From a virus: a stretch of DNA of 64,000 bases. The translations under genes and the position numbers were made by a program. The notes beneath the pieces are model-generated. The model did no database searches. It was given only the letters and a program-made list of their open reading frames with translations, and was not told the DNA's origin. This document shows, in pieces, positions 47,713 through 59,232 of the stretch. The stretch is taken from positions 1 through 64,000 of the IMG/VR virus record IMGVR_UViG_3300005826_000037. One strand, 5' to 3'. Each line of letters begins with the position of its first letter. The first letter of the stretch is position 1.

Positions 47713-50484
47713 TTATAGTTGACCTAGAGCTACCTTGATGTAAATGAAGTTTACTGGGTAGGTTGGTTGTACTCTTACTGTTATGTTCCATTGTCTTGGG
47801 TCTGATTCATCTTTAACTACTGAAAGGTCTGCATAAGCTGTAATTAAACTCTGCGAAACTAAGGAGTTCAACAAGATGACAGCGCGTGTATTCAAAGCGG
47901 CAGGAGTCTCTAGTGTTTCTGGTTGACCAATGAAAGAACGGAAACCTGATCTAAGTGTCTTTGCAACTCTATCTCTGATGAATACGATTGAAATCTCTTC
48001 CTCTTCTGGATATCCACTCTGAGTTGTGGTAATTCCCCAAACAACTCTTCCACCACCAGATACTGGTTGTAGTGTAGTAACACCAGCTTGAGCCAATCTC
48101 TCAAGAACAGATTGTGAGAATTGCTTATCTCTAAGGATTGTGAAACCTGTGAAAGTCTTATTAGTAAATGGATTTTCAATCCTAAGATCTTGTGCTGCAT
48201 AACCAGCTGCTGCAGCTGCAATGTAGAAACCATCAATAAGTACATTACTTGTTCCAGCTTGAACAACAATCTGATCTGGATAGAAGTATACACATCTATA
48301 TGTATTACCGAATGCATTTGAAACTGAGTAATCTGCAAGATCTTCGATATTACCAGCAAGAACTTCTGTTACGTTATCACCTTGGATACCTTCAAGAACT
48401 CCGATATCTTCAACTGCTGCTAATGATGTACCTGTCAAATTATCAGGTGTCAATCCATTAATAGCTCCACAGAATAATACTCTTTCCTTCTTATTTCTTA
48501 TATTACTCATTGATTTACAATGTGCAAGAGTATTTTGGAAGATAACAGATATTGTCTGCTTTGGAAGAGGAACAACGATATCACATTCAATAACTTCCAT
48601 TGACTCAAGAGCGTTAATCCATCCTGCATCGTAGAAAGAAGCATCTTTCGTTGTGATAACTGTAATTCTTAATTGGTAAGTATCAGGAACAACATTCTTA
48701 TTTACAACTACATAGTAACTTTCGTCTGTTAAGTCAAGGACTTCAAAACGCATATCACTTTCTTGAATTACACCCTTCCTTATAGTTACCTCAAATGAAG
48801 CTGAAGCTGTAATATCACTCAAACCATCATTTGCTTCATCAGAAGCAGTGATTTGAATTCTATAAAGAGTTCCAATATCTGGAACTGTACTAAAATCAAC
48901 AGTTGCACTTGTTAATGTTGCTGTTGCTGTTCCAGCAGATTTAACCAAAACACCATCTGTTCCAGAATAGCCATCAAGAGCTAATCCTGAGGAGATGCTA
49001 ACAACCTGGAATGCAACACCAGTATCATTTACATAATCTGGGAAGTATGGAGAAGCTTCAGTGCGAGTTACATAAAGATTACCGCCACTTACTGCCGTAA
49101 CAGTGTAGCTACCTTCATTTGCACTATTTGTTGCATTAATAATCTTTAAAGACTTTCCCACATATGATGAGTCATATTCAAGAGAAGAACTGAAAACGCC
49201 ACTATAGTAATTGCTACCACGTGCGATATATCCATCTTCACCATAAGAAAGAGCTTCATAACCAGCCTTCACTGTATAGAAGTATGACCATCCTGCAGGT
49301 GCAGGGGTATCATCAGTAATAAACTGGGTAGTTGTTGGGTATCCTGCTGTATCAAGCAAATAATAGTCCAACTTATTTGGAAGAATTTGAGACTCAACGT
49401 TTGTTGAATTATTCGTTACAAAGAAGTGAATATCAGAGTTTGGATCTGGGACAATACCTGCTGGCAATGGGAAAATGAAGTCATCATTATTTGTAGAAGT
49501 TGCATCCATACTCTCGGTAAGAATGTATGAAGTTCTTCTTGGCATTGCTGGCGCTGTTTGGCAAGCCATAACTGCTGGTGCTTGATTAGCAAATGCAAGC
49601 TGAGCACCTAAACTCAAAGTATTATCTGTGCTTGGGAAGCCATGCTTATTTATAAGAGACTGGAAACTATCGAATAATACAGGATCATTTAAGTTAGTAG
49701 TTGGAATATATGAAGCAGTCAATGTATCATTAGATACAAGAACACCACTATCAACTATGATTGTAAAACCATCACCCTCTCTAAATGGAGTTACTGACGA
49801 ACCGCCGCTCTTTGTTTCATAAATTGCAAAACTCAATACACCATTAGAAACTGCAGTTCCATTTGCGGTCCAAATTATTGGATTTCCATTTGAATCAACC
49901 TTTGCCCCAGAAATCGATCCAAAAGCGATGAATTTTGCAGTATTTTCTATTGGCAATCCTAACGCACTCCTCTGAACAGAAACACATCTAATTGTCCATG
50001 TTTCTGGAGGAGCATTAGTATCAACAAGGGATAAAGAAGCTAAATAACCATCACCAACATTTGTAGAAACTGGAGTATAATAAGCGCCACCTTGATCTCT
50101 CAAATGACCCCTTTGCAACTCTATTCTACCAGTAGTAATATCAACTCTGTAATCATATCTACTACTGAATGCGTTGCTATCTATGGTTGCTTCCAATCCT
50201 GTAAGCAAAACTCCATTTTTATACAATGAGGTTCTAGCAGAAACAACTGGATATGAGGACAATTGGAAATGTCTTCCATCTGCCCCTGTAGTTGAAGTGT
50301 ATGCAGAGTTAAATCCATCAACCCCTCCTCCAACTGCTTGGGCAACAATGGTTTCGTCTGCCGAACCCTCACCCATAATTGCTGCTATACGAGTACCACC
50401 AGGAATTGATACTCCCCTGGATTGTGTTACTATATCTGTAAAAACTCCTGGTAGGACATTTGTTGCGCCTGGGATGTTTGCCAT
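47713..50484 (-). CDS. Tail sheath protein
   Basis: N-terminal PGVFTD; C-terminal LAQAGVT...VVWGITT...EISIVFIRD...VQPTYPVNFIYI. Confidence 0.92.
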   Translation of the reverse strand: MANIPGATNVLPGVFTDIVTQSRGVSIPGGTRIAAIMGEGSADETIVAQAVGGGVDGFNSAYTSTTGADGRHFQLSSYPVVSARTSLYKNGVLLTGLEATIDSNAFSSRYDYRVDITTGRIELQRGHLRDQGGAYYTPVSTNVGDGYLASLSLVDTNAPPETWTIRCVSVQRSALGLPIENTAKFIAFGSISGAKVDSNGNPIIWTANGTAVSNGVLSFAIYETKSGGSSVTPFREGDGFTIIVDSGVLVSNDTLTASYIPTTNLNDPVLFDSFQSLINKHGFPSTDNTLSLGAQLAFANQAPAVMACQTAPAMPRRTSYILTESMDATSTNNDDFIFPLPAGIVPDPNSDIHFFVTNNSTNVESQILPNKLDYYLLDTAGYPTTTQFITDDTPAPAGWSYFYTVKAGYEALSYGEDGYIARGSNYYSGVFSSSLEYDSSYVGKSLKIINATNSANEGSYTVTAVSGGNLYVTRTEASPYFPDYVNDTGVAFQVVSISSGLALDGYSGTDGVLVKSAGTATATLTSATVDFSTVPDIGTLYRIQITASDEANDGLSDITASASFEVTIRKGVIQESDMRFEVLDLTDESYYVVVNKNVVPDTYQLRITVITTKDASFYDAGWINALESMEVIECDIVVPLPKQTISVIFQNTLAHCKSMSNIRNKKERVLFCGAINGLTPDNLTGTSLAAVEDIGVLEGIQGDNVTEVLAGNIEDLADYSVSNAFGNTYRCVYFYPDQIVVQAGTSNVLIDGFYIAAAAAGYAAQDLRIENPFTNKTFTGFTILRDKQFSQSVLERLAQAGVTTLQPVSGGGRVVWGITTTQSGYPEEEEISIVFIRDRVAKTLRSGFRSFIGQPETLETPAALNTRAVILLNSLVSQSLITAYADLSVVKDESDPRQWNITVRVQPTYPVNFIYIKVALGQL

Positions 50485-50633
50485 ATTAGAATCCTTATCA
50501 CTCAGTTACATGTAGCTTCTATCACTAAAATGTATTAATATTCGTATTTGGTACGATATATTAACATATTTTGTTTTTGACTTACTATTATTAAGTTGCC
50601 ATCCATGAAACTAACCTAAAAACCATTATTAAT

Positions 50634-51458
50634 TTATGAGTTTAGTAGTATATCTAAAACACTAAGTTCTGTATTTATAGTTAAGTTTTGAGGGGCTGGA
50701 ACTTCTGGTCTCGATATATCATCAAAAGAAACAGAAAAGAAAATAGCATCTATTAAATTACCTATTGGAACTTCTCTTCTCCATTCTGTCCTTATATCTA
50801 ATGTGATACTTTGCCTAAACAACTTATCATTTCTATCATCAGTTTCTGATGGTGCACCTATATTAGGTGGTTTAATTAACAAACCTACATCATATAATGA
50901 GTCAACTGTTATTTCAGAAAAACACATTCCAACTAATTGTGCTAAATCATCTCTTGCTCTTAAACTTCTAGAAAAAATATCTATTACTATAGAGCCTTCC
51001 CAAGCTCCAGCTGTAACAAAACTAACTGGTCTTGTTATAATTGACTCATTACCATAACCATCTTCATATATTATTGTTTCGTTTCTTACTGTTCCCTTTT
51101 GTCTATTTATAGAAATTGGTACATATCTACTACCTCCACTTTTAACTAAAATAGCGGGATAAAATATTCCATCATATCTATAATTCTCTCCTATATAAAC
51201 TCTTGTACTCAGAAGATCTGATTCTTCTGCAGTAGAACCAAAAGCTCCTACTGGAAGGTCTGCTCCAAGAGGTATATCTGTATGATCAGTCGTATTAGGA
51301 AATCCCCACTGATCTTTTGAAAAATGATAATAACTGTCTTTTGAGAAAATATCTCTTAGAGTTGAAATTATAATCTCTTTTGGATACACAAGCATTGATG
51401 CTTGAATAATGTTATGTATCTCATATAAATCTGATTTAAAGACGTTATTTGTTGACAT
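50634..51458 (-). CDS. Tail terminator/completion-like protein
   Basis: Upstream of sheath; YPAILVK...IDIFSRSLRARDDLA...FRQSITLDIRTEW pattern. Confidence 0.6.
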   Translation of the reverse strand: MSTNNVFKSDLYEIHNIIQASMLVYPKEIIISTLRDIFSKDSYYHFSKDQWGFPNTTDHTDIPLGADLPVGAFGSTAEESDLLSTRVYIGENYRYDGIFYPAILVKSGGSRYVPISINRQKGTVRNETIIYEDGYGNESIITRPVSFVTAGAWEGSIVIDIFSRSLRARDDLAQLVGMCFSEITVDSLYDVGLLIKPPNIGAPSETDDRNDKLFRQSITLDIRTEWRREVPIGNLIDAIFFSVSFDDISRPEVPAPQNLTINTELSVLDILLNS

Positions 51459-51461
51459 TTA

Positions 51462-52448
51462 TTACCACCTGAAAGTCACATCAACATAATAAAAATCTGC
51501 ATGTGCAGTAATAGTTGAAATTTCAGCCGTAAACTCAAGTGACAATTTTATAGCTGAAGTTGCGGTGTTATGCTGATTATTAACTACCGTAGATGAAGGA
51601 GTTAAAACAGTACTATAATCTGTGTTCGAATTAGGATAATCCACCACAACAATTTTATAAGAACCATTAGCATACAAAGCCATTTGCATGAAATATGCGG
51701 TTTTTGTTCCTGAATAAGTATTACATCCATGCGATGCAGTTGCATTAATTAAACGTGTTCCATATGGCATTATACTTGACAAATTATAAAGTATACCAAA
51801 AGTAGTGTTATTAACTGTTGTAAAATCTATCAAAACATTTGAAAAATATCCATCATTATTATAAGCAATCACATTGGTGGTCGCTCCTGCTTGCGATATA
51901 TGTATATTATCTCTATTATAGATCATACCATCTTCAATAAGTAGACGTATTACTTCTGTCTGATTAATATTTCTATCAACAGTCCATTGAGATGAAACTC
52001 CCATAGTACCATTAATATTCAAATCAACTGTTTCAGTACTACTACCATTAGTATAATAATTATCAAAATAATTGTTTGTTATAATACCGTTGCAACTATT
52101 TTCTAATCCGACTCCGGCAGGATAATTGTCCAAGAATTTAAAACCAACATAATTGCCAATACTAACAACATCTCTATAAAGAAAATTATTGGTAACATTA
52201 AAATCTTCCCCATTACTTAACAATATTAGTACAATATCTTCTACATCAACTGTTGGTGTCGTTGTAGGGGTTGTTGTTTTGAAAATGTTATTTGTAATAA
52301 CTGCAGAATTCCTAACCCATATTCCACCGTGCTGATACGCATAAACCGTACCTTCAGTCGTACCATCATAAAAATTGCTAGATGTTATCATATTACCAGA
52401 TATGATACATGAAGCACTTCCACCAATATTTACAGTTCCAGCAGGCAT
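51462..52448 (-). CDS. Beta-helix-containing virion protein (continuation-like partner of the upstream fibre/spike)
   Basis: Repeated I-[ST]-[GN]-N motifs (IISGN, VITNN, NVTNN, IITNN); AAGGAG RBS. Confidence 0.6.
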   Translation of the reverse strand: MPAGTVNIGGSASCIISGNMITSSNFYDGTTEGTVYAYQHGGIWVRNSAVITNNIFKTTTPTTTPTVDVEDIVLILLSNGEDFNVTNNFLYRDVVSIGNYVGFKFLDNYPAGVGLENSCNGIITNNYFDNYYTNGSSTETVDLNINGTMGVSSQWTVDRNINQTEVIRLLIEDGMIYNRDNIHISQAGATTNVIAYNNDGYFSNVLIDFTTVNNTTFGILYNLSSIMPYGTRLINATASHGCNTYSGTKTAYFMQMALYANGSYKIVVVDYPNSNTDYSTVLTPSSTVVNNQHNTATSAIKLSLEFTAEISTITAHADFYYVDVTFRW

Positions 52449-52458
52449 TTATACTCCT

Positions 52459-55400
52459 TTATGTAGTGAACGTATAATCATCATATACCAATCCATCAAC
52501 ATGAACCGCATAGTAAGTTTTTTCATCAAAACTAGTACCAGTACTATATGGGCTAATATATGCCAAAGATGTTGCAGATAATGTGTTGTTAATAATATGT
52601 ATTGTTCCCTTTTTAGGCTCTTTTCTAACAAACTTAGACCCTATATAATCTGCAACTGATACTATTATCCAGGACGCTCTATTACCATCAATTACTACAT
52701 ATGAAGAAGTATATGCACAAGTATTAATTTGTTTAGCCTGAACAGATGAATACTCAGCAATTGAATATGCTAAACCTTTATAGTCAAGATTTGTAATTAC
52801 ATTACATGTGTTTCTAGAAATTGTTAACCCAAATTCTTTGTTGTTATCTCTTGTAATATTTGGAGATTCATTAATTATTCTTCTTCCTTCACCAATCCAA
52901 TAACCAATTGCACCACAAATATTATCTTTGATTACACAATTTTGTGCAGCAAGATATGTCGGATACATAGCTTTTACATTGTTAGCAGTAGTATATGTTG
53001 TTGATGTCAAAACTATCATCTGATTTCTATCACATACATTTCTTGAAATCTCAAAATTTCTAATAGTAGGTGGTGTTTGCTCAGATATAGATGTGCTATT
53101 ATTTATAACAGCTATTGCTGCTCTAAAATCATCAACAGTTCCTGAAGACTCTATATTATTAAACTTACAATTTGTTATTTTAACATTCTCTACTAAATCA
53201 CCATTATCTAAATTAAAGTTTATAAATGTCAATCTGTTATCTGTACTAATAAATGCATTTCCAAACTTAAACTCAGTATTATTTATTTCTATATTATACG
53301 CCTCTGTATTTGTAAAATACATAAATCCATTACCATTATTTATCAAATCATCAACATCATAGCTTATCTCTAAACCAGGAACATAAGTATTTTCAATATA
53401 ACAATTTTTAACTAACATATCGTGAAAATAACTATTTTCTACTGAAATTGCTCTTCTAAAATTGCCACTAATTGAGCTTTCACTAAATACAAGATAGCTA
53501 CTATTACCATAAAACTCATTAGTTATATAGAAAACATCACCAGGTCTATATGAACCATTATTAAAATTAACAGTAACATCACTGTTAATAAAACTGAAAT
53601 TACTAATATCATCAAGATTAAATACTCTGCCACCTTCACTCGTTGGGCTTCCATAGGTTGCAGTTATACTACAGTTTTTAAAAGTTATATTGTTAGAAGA
53701 TAATAACTGAGCCAATATATTATCAGTTGGCGTTGTTGATGGATAAAAATAAATTGTACAATTTTCAAAAACTACATTGTTACTTAAAAATATTCCAAGT
53801 AGCTTCTCAAATGTAATTGTCATATTTCTTATCACAATATCATTGCCTGAGATAACTAAATTTTCACTAAAAGTTAATGATGATGTATTTCGACCATCAA
53901 TATTTGCGCTATCTAATGTAATTGGTTTAGTTATTGTTTCTGCAACTTCATTTATGATAATATTGTTATTGTGAGAACCACCATACTTTAACCAATTGAA
54001 AATTGATTCCACACTGTAAAAATTACCTTGTTTTGAATTATTGTTCAAAATAATTGTATCATTAGATTCATTATCATTTACAAATTTTCTAACATCATTC
54101 AATACAAGAGAAATACTAGAGCCGCTAACAGTAGATGAAACTATATAAAGAGGCGTCAAATCTTTTCTATTATTAACAAGATCAGAAAAAGTTATTGCTT
54201 CAATATAATATGAGGAAGTCGTTGCTGGATTATAAGCATTGAAGTTTCTATTTCCACTTGGAGTACTCAATATCGAATCATAATCAAGTGATGGAATTGC
54301 TTGAAAATCTCCCGAATTGCTTACACAAAGAATCCAATTTATATTGTATAGTGTTGAGAAATAAATCTCTTTAATGATCGGTATAGATACCGTCTCATTA
54401 TTCATATAGATTATTTTTCCGCCAACTAATGCAGAACCTCCAGAAAGATAGATCTGACCACTATTTGGATTAGATATAGGAGTCACATCTTGTGCATCAA
54501 ATCCTTTAAAAACACCATTCTGATGAAGTAGCTTATCCGGAAGAGAAATATAATCTAAAGCTGATGTACTAAGTTCATCTTCACTAACATTTCCAAATTG
54601 TCTCTTATCAGTTACATAATTAATATAATTAGTTTCAGTATTATACTGACAACTAGCCACCATCATAATTTCTTTATCAGCACTAAGACTTGGAAATAAT
54701 TGTATATCTACAACTTCTTCTGTTATGTTTGAAAAAGAACCATCCACAGGGAATAATACATCTATATAATCTACATTCGTCTCATCATAAAACCTTAGAA
54801 CTTGACCAAGTCTTCCAGTTGTTGTAGGACCAATATGTGTTAAATTAGTCCCATCATAAGACGCAAGATAACCATCAATCAAACCACTAGAAGAAACCAA
54901 ACTATCTATATATAAAGATATCTTTGTTATCGAACTAAATTGATACCCTCTTAATTTGGGAGATATACCAATTAATTCCATTTTGCTTAATTCAACTGTC
55001 GTTAATCTTAATGGTATAGAATTTACTGTAATGTCACCAGTTCCATTTGTAAATCTTCCACGTTCATGAGCAAATGTCTTTGCTTCCTCATCAACGTAAA
55101 TTTCCAGATATCTCTTGAATGGGGATGCAGTAGTATAATCAGACATATTTTCAGAATTTACAGGCACTGAACCTGAATTGAAATAAATCCTAAAATGACC
55201 GCTACTTGCGCTTGTGTATGGTGAGGAACCTGTTCCATGTACAGCATCATATACAGTAACATCTGTGTAACAATCAACTCCACATTCTGTAAATACAACA
55301 CTAGATACTACAAAACGTCCATAGTCTATATAATTAATAGTAGGAGACATCGGTTGAACCACAACAGTTGAACCTGGTCTAATATTAACTGATGATAATA

Positions 55401-57342
55401 TATTATCTAAAATACGATATGTTGTACTTACTTTACCATTTGGTGCGGGAGTTTCAGATCTTGCAACGATATAACCATCCCAATAACCAAATCCATATCC
55501 ATCTTGTGTCTGTCCTGACTCAAGAGTTAATTTATCTCTTTCAGTTCCATTAACATAGAAATTATTTCTATCAAGAGGAACATAGAGTTTTGTTGGATAT
55601 AGTGCTTGAGCTGAAGAAGAATAACTTACAGAGTATGCAGGGCTAGATATTCCACCATTTAATGGTCCAAGACCAAGAGGATCTACTGGCTCTAATGTTC
55701 CACTTCCAAACAAACCAATTACATTATTAGGGTATGCATAATTAGTTTCTGACTCATCATAATCTCCAGCTGCATCAACTGCACCATCAAGCACTGAAAA
55801 TGCAGCATTACTATATGGATCAGCAAGGGCGATACCAAATTCACCTTGATATGAGAATGCTATAAATCTGTAGTTATATCCTGCTTTTCTAAAAGTATCA
55901 TTAATTGTCTGCACAACAGTATCTAATGTATACTTTCCGGGAGTAACACCAAGGTTTCCTGTAACGTCTATTTCAGGCAAAACTACATATCCATCATCAG
56001 CATTTCCAGTAGGATATAATGCTAAATACAAAAGATAATGTGAAGAATCAATTAAATCTGCATTAAATCCGACACCAAGAGCCATTGCACCTGTTGGATT
56101 TGTAACTATTAAGCTTGCAGGTAATGATATCTCATCATTGTTTGCTGATGCTACAGCCAAAACCCCATATTTATTGTTATTATACAATGGTCTTTCAACC
56201 TTAGCATATCCATCAGTTGTGTAATATAGATTATTACTACTAATTCTTACAAAAAATCTACTAGGAGTTCCTGGAATATACTTCTTCTCTTTGATAAGGA
56301 AAGGAATCTCAACTGTACCATAATTGATCCTTATTATATCTCCAACCTTTGCTAAAGCAAATTGTGAGTCAAATAAGAAGCTTGATGTAGCAGATGAATT
56401 TGGAGTGAATTCTATAATGTCATCACCATATTCGATATTATCAACAGGAGAGCTACTAGAACCATTATTTCTAAGATGTGTAGTAACTTGAGTTGATGGA
56501 ACAATAGTTTGCCCACGTGCATCTGCAGTAAGAACTGCGGATCTAGAAGCTCTAGAAACACCATTAGAATACAGATTCTGAATTCTTGTTCCGTATAAAA
56601 AGATGCTAGCATCATCAAGGTGTTGGGCAAATAATTGCAAATCATTTACTGTTTGTGGTATTACAGAAAATCTAGTTGTATCAAGGTAAATACCAGAAGA
56701 TGTGTGAGCATAATCAGCAGGGTAAGTACCGCCATTATTTGTAGTTATTGAGATTGAAGACGTACCAGACCCATCAGACCATTGGTGATTGAGAACTTCA
56801 GAGTTCAATTCATTCAATGCTGTGTATGAGTCTGTATTATCTCTGTATGTTCTGTATCTACTAAGGAAATAATCTGTTGCACTTTCACTGACACTAATTC
56901 CACTAAGTGGATGCTTATAAGTTATACCAAGAATATGTGGTTCTAACTTTATTCCTGTTAAAGATATCCATGAAATAGAAGTATTTATATCACCAGCAAG
57001 ATCTCTAGTATAATTAAATAAATCAGCAGTTTTATAATCAAGAGATAATTTAGATTCAGGAATTCCTGCATTGTTCGCTATTTGTGGGTTTGTAATTGGT
57101 AGAGTAACTAAACCTAAACTTGTTAATGCAGATGGTTTTATATATCCATCTGCTCCAATAGAAATCCCAAGCCTATTGGCAAGAGTACCTGCGCTTCCAG
57201 ATAAACCCAATCCAAACTCAGCTTGCATATTAAATATGGCTTCGCGACATCCATTTATAGCTTCATCACCAATTTCAGTTATATTATTGTTAACTGGAGG
57301 AAGTGTTGTGTCATCATCATAATCGTTAGGGTAGTTACTCAT
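52459..57342 (-). CDS. Large fibre/tailspike protein with C-terminal right-handed beta-helix (pectin-lyase-like)
   Basis: NVVFENCTI, NITFKNCSI, NVKITNCKF, EISRN, VIKDN, IINN repeats; beta-rich N-terminal structural domains. Confidence 0.7.
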   Translation of the reverse strand: MSNYPNDYDDDTTLPPVNNNITEIGDEAINGCREAIFNMQAEFGLGLSGSAGTLANRLGISIGADGYIKPSALTSLGLVTLPITNPQIANNAGIPESKLSLDYKTADLFNYTRDLAGDINTSISWISLTGIKLEPHILGITYKHPLSGISVSESATDYFLSRYRTYRDNTDSYTALNELNSEVLNHQWSDGSGTSSISITTNNGGTYPADYAHTSSGIYLDTTRFSVIPQTVNDLQLFAQHLDDASIFLYGTRIQNLYSNGVSRASRSAVLTADARGQTIVPSTQVTTHLRNNGSSSSPVDNIEYGDDIIEFTPNSSATSSFLFDSQFALAKVGDIIRINYGTVEIPFLIKEKKYIPGTPSRFFVRISSNNLYYTTDGYAKVERPLYNNNKYGVLAVASANNDEISLPASLIVTNPTGAMALGVGFNADLIDSSHYLLYLALYPTGNADDGYVVLPEIDVTGNLGVTPGKYTLDTVVQTINDTFRKAGYNYRFIAFSYQGEFGIALADPYSNAAFSVLDGAVDAAGDYDESETNYAYPNNVIGLFGSGTLEPVDPLGLGPLNGGISSPAYSVSYSSSAQALYPTKLYVPLDRNNFYVNGTERDKLTLESGQTQDGYGFGYWDGYIVARSETPAPNGKVSTTYRILDNILSSVNIRPGSTVVVQPMSPTINYIDYGRFVVSSVVFTECGVDCYTDVTVYDAVHGTGSSPYTSASSGHFRIYFNSGSVPVNSENMSDYTTASPFKRYLEIYVDEEAKTFAHERGRFTNGTGDITVNSIPLRLTTVELSKMELIGISPKLRGYQFSSITKISLYIDSLVSSSGLIDGYLASYDGTNLTHIGPTTTGRLGQVLRFYDETNVDYIDVLFPVDGSFSNITEEVVDIQLFPSLSADKEIMMVASCQYNTETNYINYVTDKRQFGNVSEDELSTSALDYISLPDKLLHQNGVFKGFDAQDVTPISNPNSGQIYLSGGSALVGGKIIYMNNETVSIPIIKEIYFSTLYNINWILCVSNSGDFQAIPSLDYDSILSTPSGNRNFNAYNPATTSSYYIEAITFSDLVNNRKDLTPLYIVSSTVSGSSISLVLNDVRKFVNDNESNDTIILNNNSKQGNFYSVESIFNWLKYGGSHNNNIIINEVAETITKPITLDSANIDGRNTSSLTFSENLVISGNDIVIRNMTITFEKLLGIFLSNNVVFENCTIYFYPSTTPTDNILAQLLSSNNITFKNCSITATYGSPTSEGGRVFNLDDISNFSFINSDVTVNFNNGSYRPGDVFYITNEFYGNSSYLVFSESSISGNFRRAISVENSYFHDMLVKNCYIENTYVPGLEISYDVDDLINNGNGFMYFTNTEAYNIEINNTEFKFGNAFISTDNRLTFINFNLDNGDLVENVKITNCKFNNIESSGTVDDFRAAIAVINNSTSISEQTPPTIRNFEISRNVCDRNQMIVLTSTTYTTANNVKAMYPTYLAAQNCVIKDNICGAIGYWIGEGRRIINESPNITRDNNKEFGLTISRNTCNVITNLDYKGLAYSIAEYSSVQAKQINTCAYTSSYVVIDGNRASWIIVSVADYIGSKFVRKEPKKGTIHIINNTLSATSLAYISPYSTGTSFDEKTYYAVHVDGLVYDDYTFTT

Positions 57343-57379
57343 ATCTCACCATTTCTCTTTTCAATTATATATAACTGAA

Positions 57380-57742
57380 TTATTCTTCGCTTATTTTGCC
57401 TTTTGTGAGTGATGCAATTTTATCTCCAATTGCTGCTTTAACCCATCTCCATACAAATCCAGCCAAAAGACCTGCACATAAACCAAAAGCCAATCTACCA
57501 CTAGCAGATGAAATCTCTAATGGATAAGGATATTGTTTAGCAAAAAACGCTCCTAATAGACCTAATACTACTGGTAAAATAGGTAGAATTAAATTTGCCC
57601 ATAAGTGATTTTCTTTTGGTGACATATTATACTTTTGTAATACATAATCTACAACATTTCTTACTACAAAAGTTACTGCTGACACAGCGATACAAAACAA
57701 AACAAACTGCCAACTAAAAAGGGCTTCCAATGCACTGTCCAT
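57380..57742 (-). CDS. Holin-like membrane protein
   Basis: 120 aa, three hydrophobic segments, charged C-tail, ILPILPVVLG motif; AAGGAG RBS. Confidence 0.6.
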   Translation of the reverse strand: MDSALEALFSWQFVLFCIAVSAVTFVVRNVVDYVLQKYNMSPKENHLWANLILPILPVVLGLLGAFFAKQYPYPLEISSASGRLAFGLCAGLLAGFVWRWVKAAIGDKIASLTKGKISEE

Positions 57743-57778
57743 GATTTTCTCCTTACGAGTTATGCAAAAGAATTGATA

Positions 57779-59221
57779 TTAAGCTACTTTAACTAAATCC
57801 ATTTTAACATGAATGTTCCAGTATGAGGTAATACCACCAGTGGTATTATATGAGGTCCTAATAACAATATCATTACCTGTAAGATTATATATAGGAGCGG
57901 CACTCCAAGTACCACCAGTAGATGAATGAACTGTAGTTATACCAGTTTGAGTTACAGAGCCTGTTATCCTATTTGTAGCAAGAATTTGTTTTTTCTGATA
58001 ACAATTTCCATTACTACCAACACCAACTGCAGTAATTTCAATCAATGCAGCAGAATATTGAGGCATTGTTATTGTCAAAACATCTACCGTCGCCGTAGTT
58101 GCTGTAGCATTTACCTGATATCCATCTCCAGGATTATCAAGATTGTCTCCTACTTTATAAGAATCGGCAAGTGCCTCTGATACTCCTAATGAATAATCAT
58201 TATTATCAGTTTGTACTACACGAAGTTTTCCAGCAGTTGAATATAATATAGAACCTGTATAATTTGGACCCCTTGTAGGTGTTGGTGATGAATTGCCAAT
58301 ATAAATAATTTTACTACCAGTATTTTCAGGTAATCTACTAGTAAGTGTCGTTGTGTCTGAACAAAATGCAACTACTTTTCTACTACCAATTTCTCCAATT
58401 GACTGAATTTCTTCTACAAATAATAAAATATCACTACTATTATTTGCCTGTGTACCAATCCAAACTCCTCCATGCAATTCAGAAGAAGAATACCCTCCTC
58501 CCAAATATAACCTTCCTCCTTTATCAACCGTAGAACCTTGAGCCCTAAGTTTTAAACCATTTCCAACTCCTGTTGTTCTAGAACTATAAAATCCAATATT
58601 ATAACTATCTAAAATACTACCTTCAAATAATATATTTGAACAATTTACAGTCAACACTGAATCTCCATCACCAGTTACACTGACAATTTCTATATTATTT
58701 GATGTTCCGCTTACATCTCCACCAACTACTAAATTTCCAGGAACCCATTGACTTCCACTCCAATATAAAACATTATTTGTCGATGGAGAAGAACTACTAA
58801 TAGCATTTCCTCTAAGTTTAATTACAGATACAGAATTATAAGATCCACTAATATCACCCCCCAAAGAAACAGGTCCCCAACCAGAACCGTTATATCCTAA
58901 TATCTGACCAGATGTAGGAGATGAAGATAATACCGGTGTTGCCTGTAATCTTGAGACTAATGGAGAAGAATAAGTTCCTCCCAAATCTCCTGTCAATTTT
59001 ATTCCACCAGTTACTGATGCTGTTGCATTAGGGAATACTCCAGGAATATAACCAGAAATAGCTGTAAGTGCCGATTGTATATCTGTATATGGAGTTCCAT
59101 CAATTGTTACAGAACAAGCAATTGCTCCGCCCAAATGTTGATATGCGTATCCATCAACATGATTTTGAAAATCATATCGACTAGTTGCTAATTGCCCAAT
59201 TCCCGGTCTATAATTTCCCAT
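57779..59221 (-). CDS. Fibre/whisker-like virion protein
   Basis: Repeats LTGDLGG / LGGDISG / VGGDVSG and GQILGYNGSGWGP / NNVLYWSGSQWVP typical of fibre shafts. Confidence 0.6.
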   Translation of the reverse strand: MGNYRPGIGQLATSRYDFQNHVDGYAYQHLGGAIACSVTIDGTPYTDIQSALTAISGYIPGVFPNATASVTGGIKLTGDLGGTYSSPLVSRLQATPVLSSSPTSGQILGYNGSGWGPVSLGGDISGSYNSVSVIKLRGNAISSSSPSTNNVLYWSGSQWVPGNLVVGGDVSGTSNNIEIVSVTGDGDSVLTVNCSNILFEGSILDSYNIGFYSSRTTGVGNGLKLRAQGSTVDKGGRLYLGGGYSSSELHGGVWIGTQANNSSDILLFVEEIQSIGEIGSRKVVAFCSDTTTLTSRLPENTGSKIIYIGNSSPTPTRGPNYTGSILYSTAGKLRVVQTDNNDYSLGVSEALADSYKVGDNLDNPGDGYQVNATATTATVDVLTITMPQYSAALIEITAVGVGSNGNCYQKKQILATNRITGSVTQTGITTVHSSTGGTWSAAPIYNLTGNDIVIRTSYNTTGGITSYWNIHVKMDLVKVA

Positions 59222-59232
59222 TATTTTATTCC

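Noticed and set aside
24791-50484. Bacterial contractile injection system (eCIS/tailocin) rather than a phage
   Set aside because: Neck/adaptor genes, UvsW-like helicase, homing endonucleases and overall gene organisation fit a lytic phage genome.
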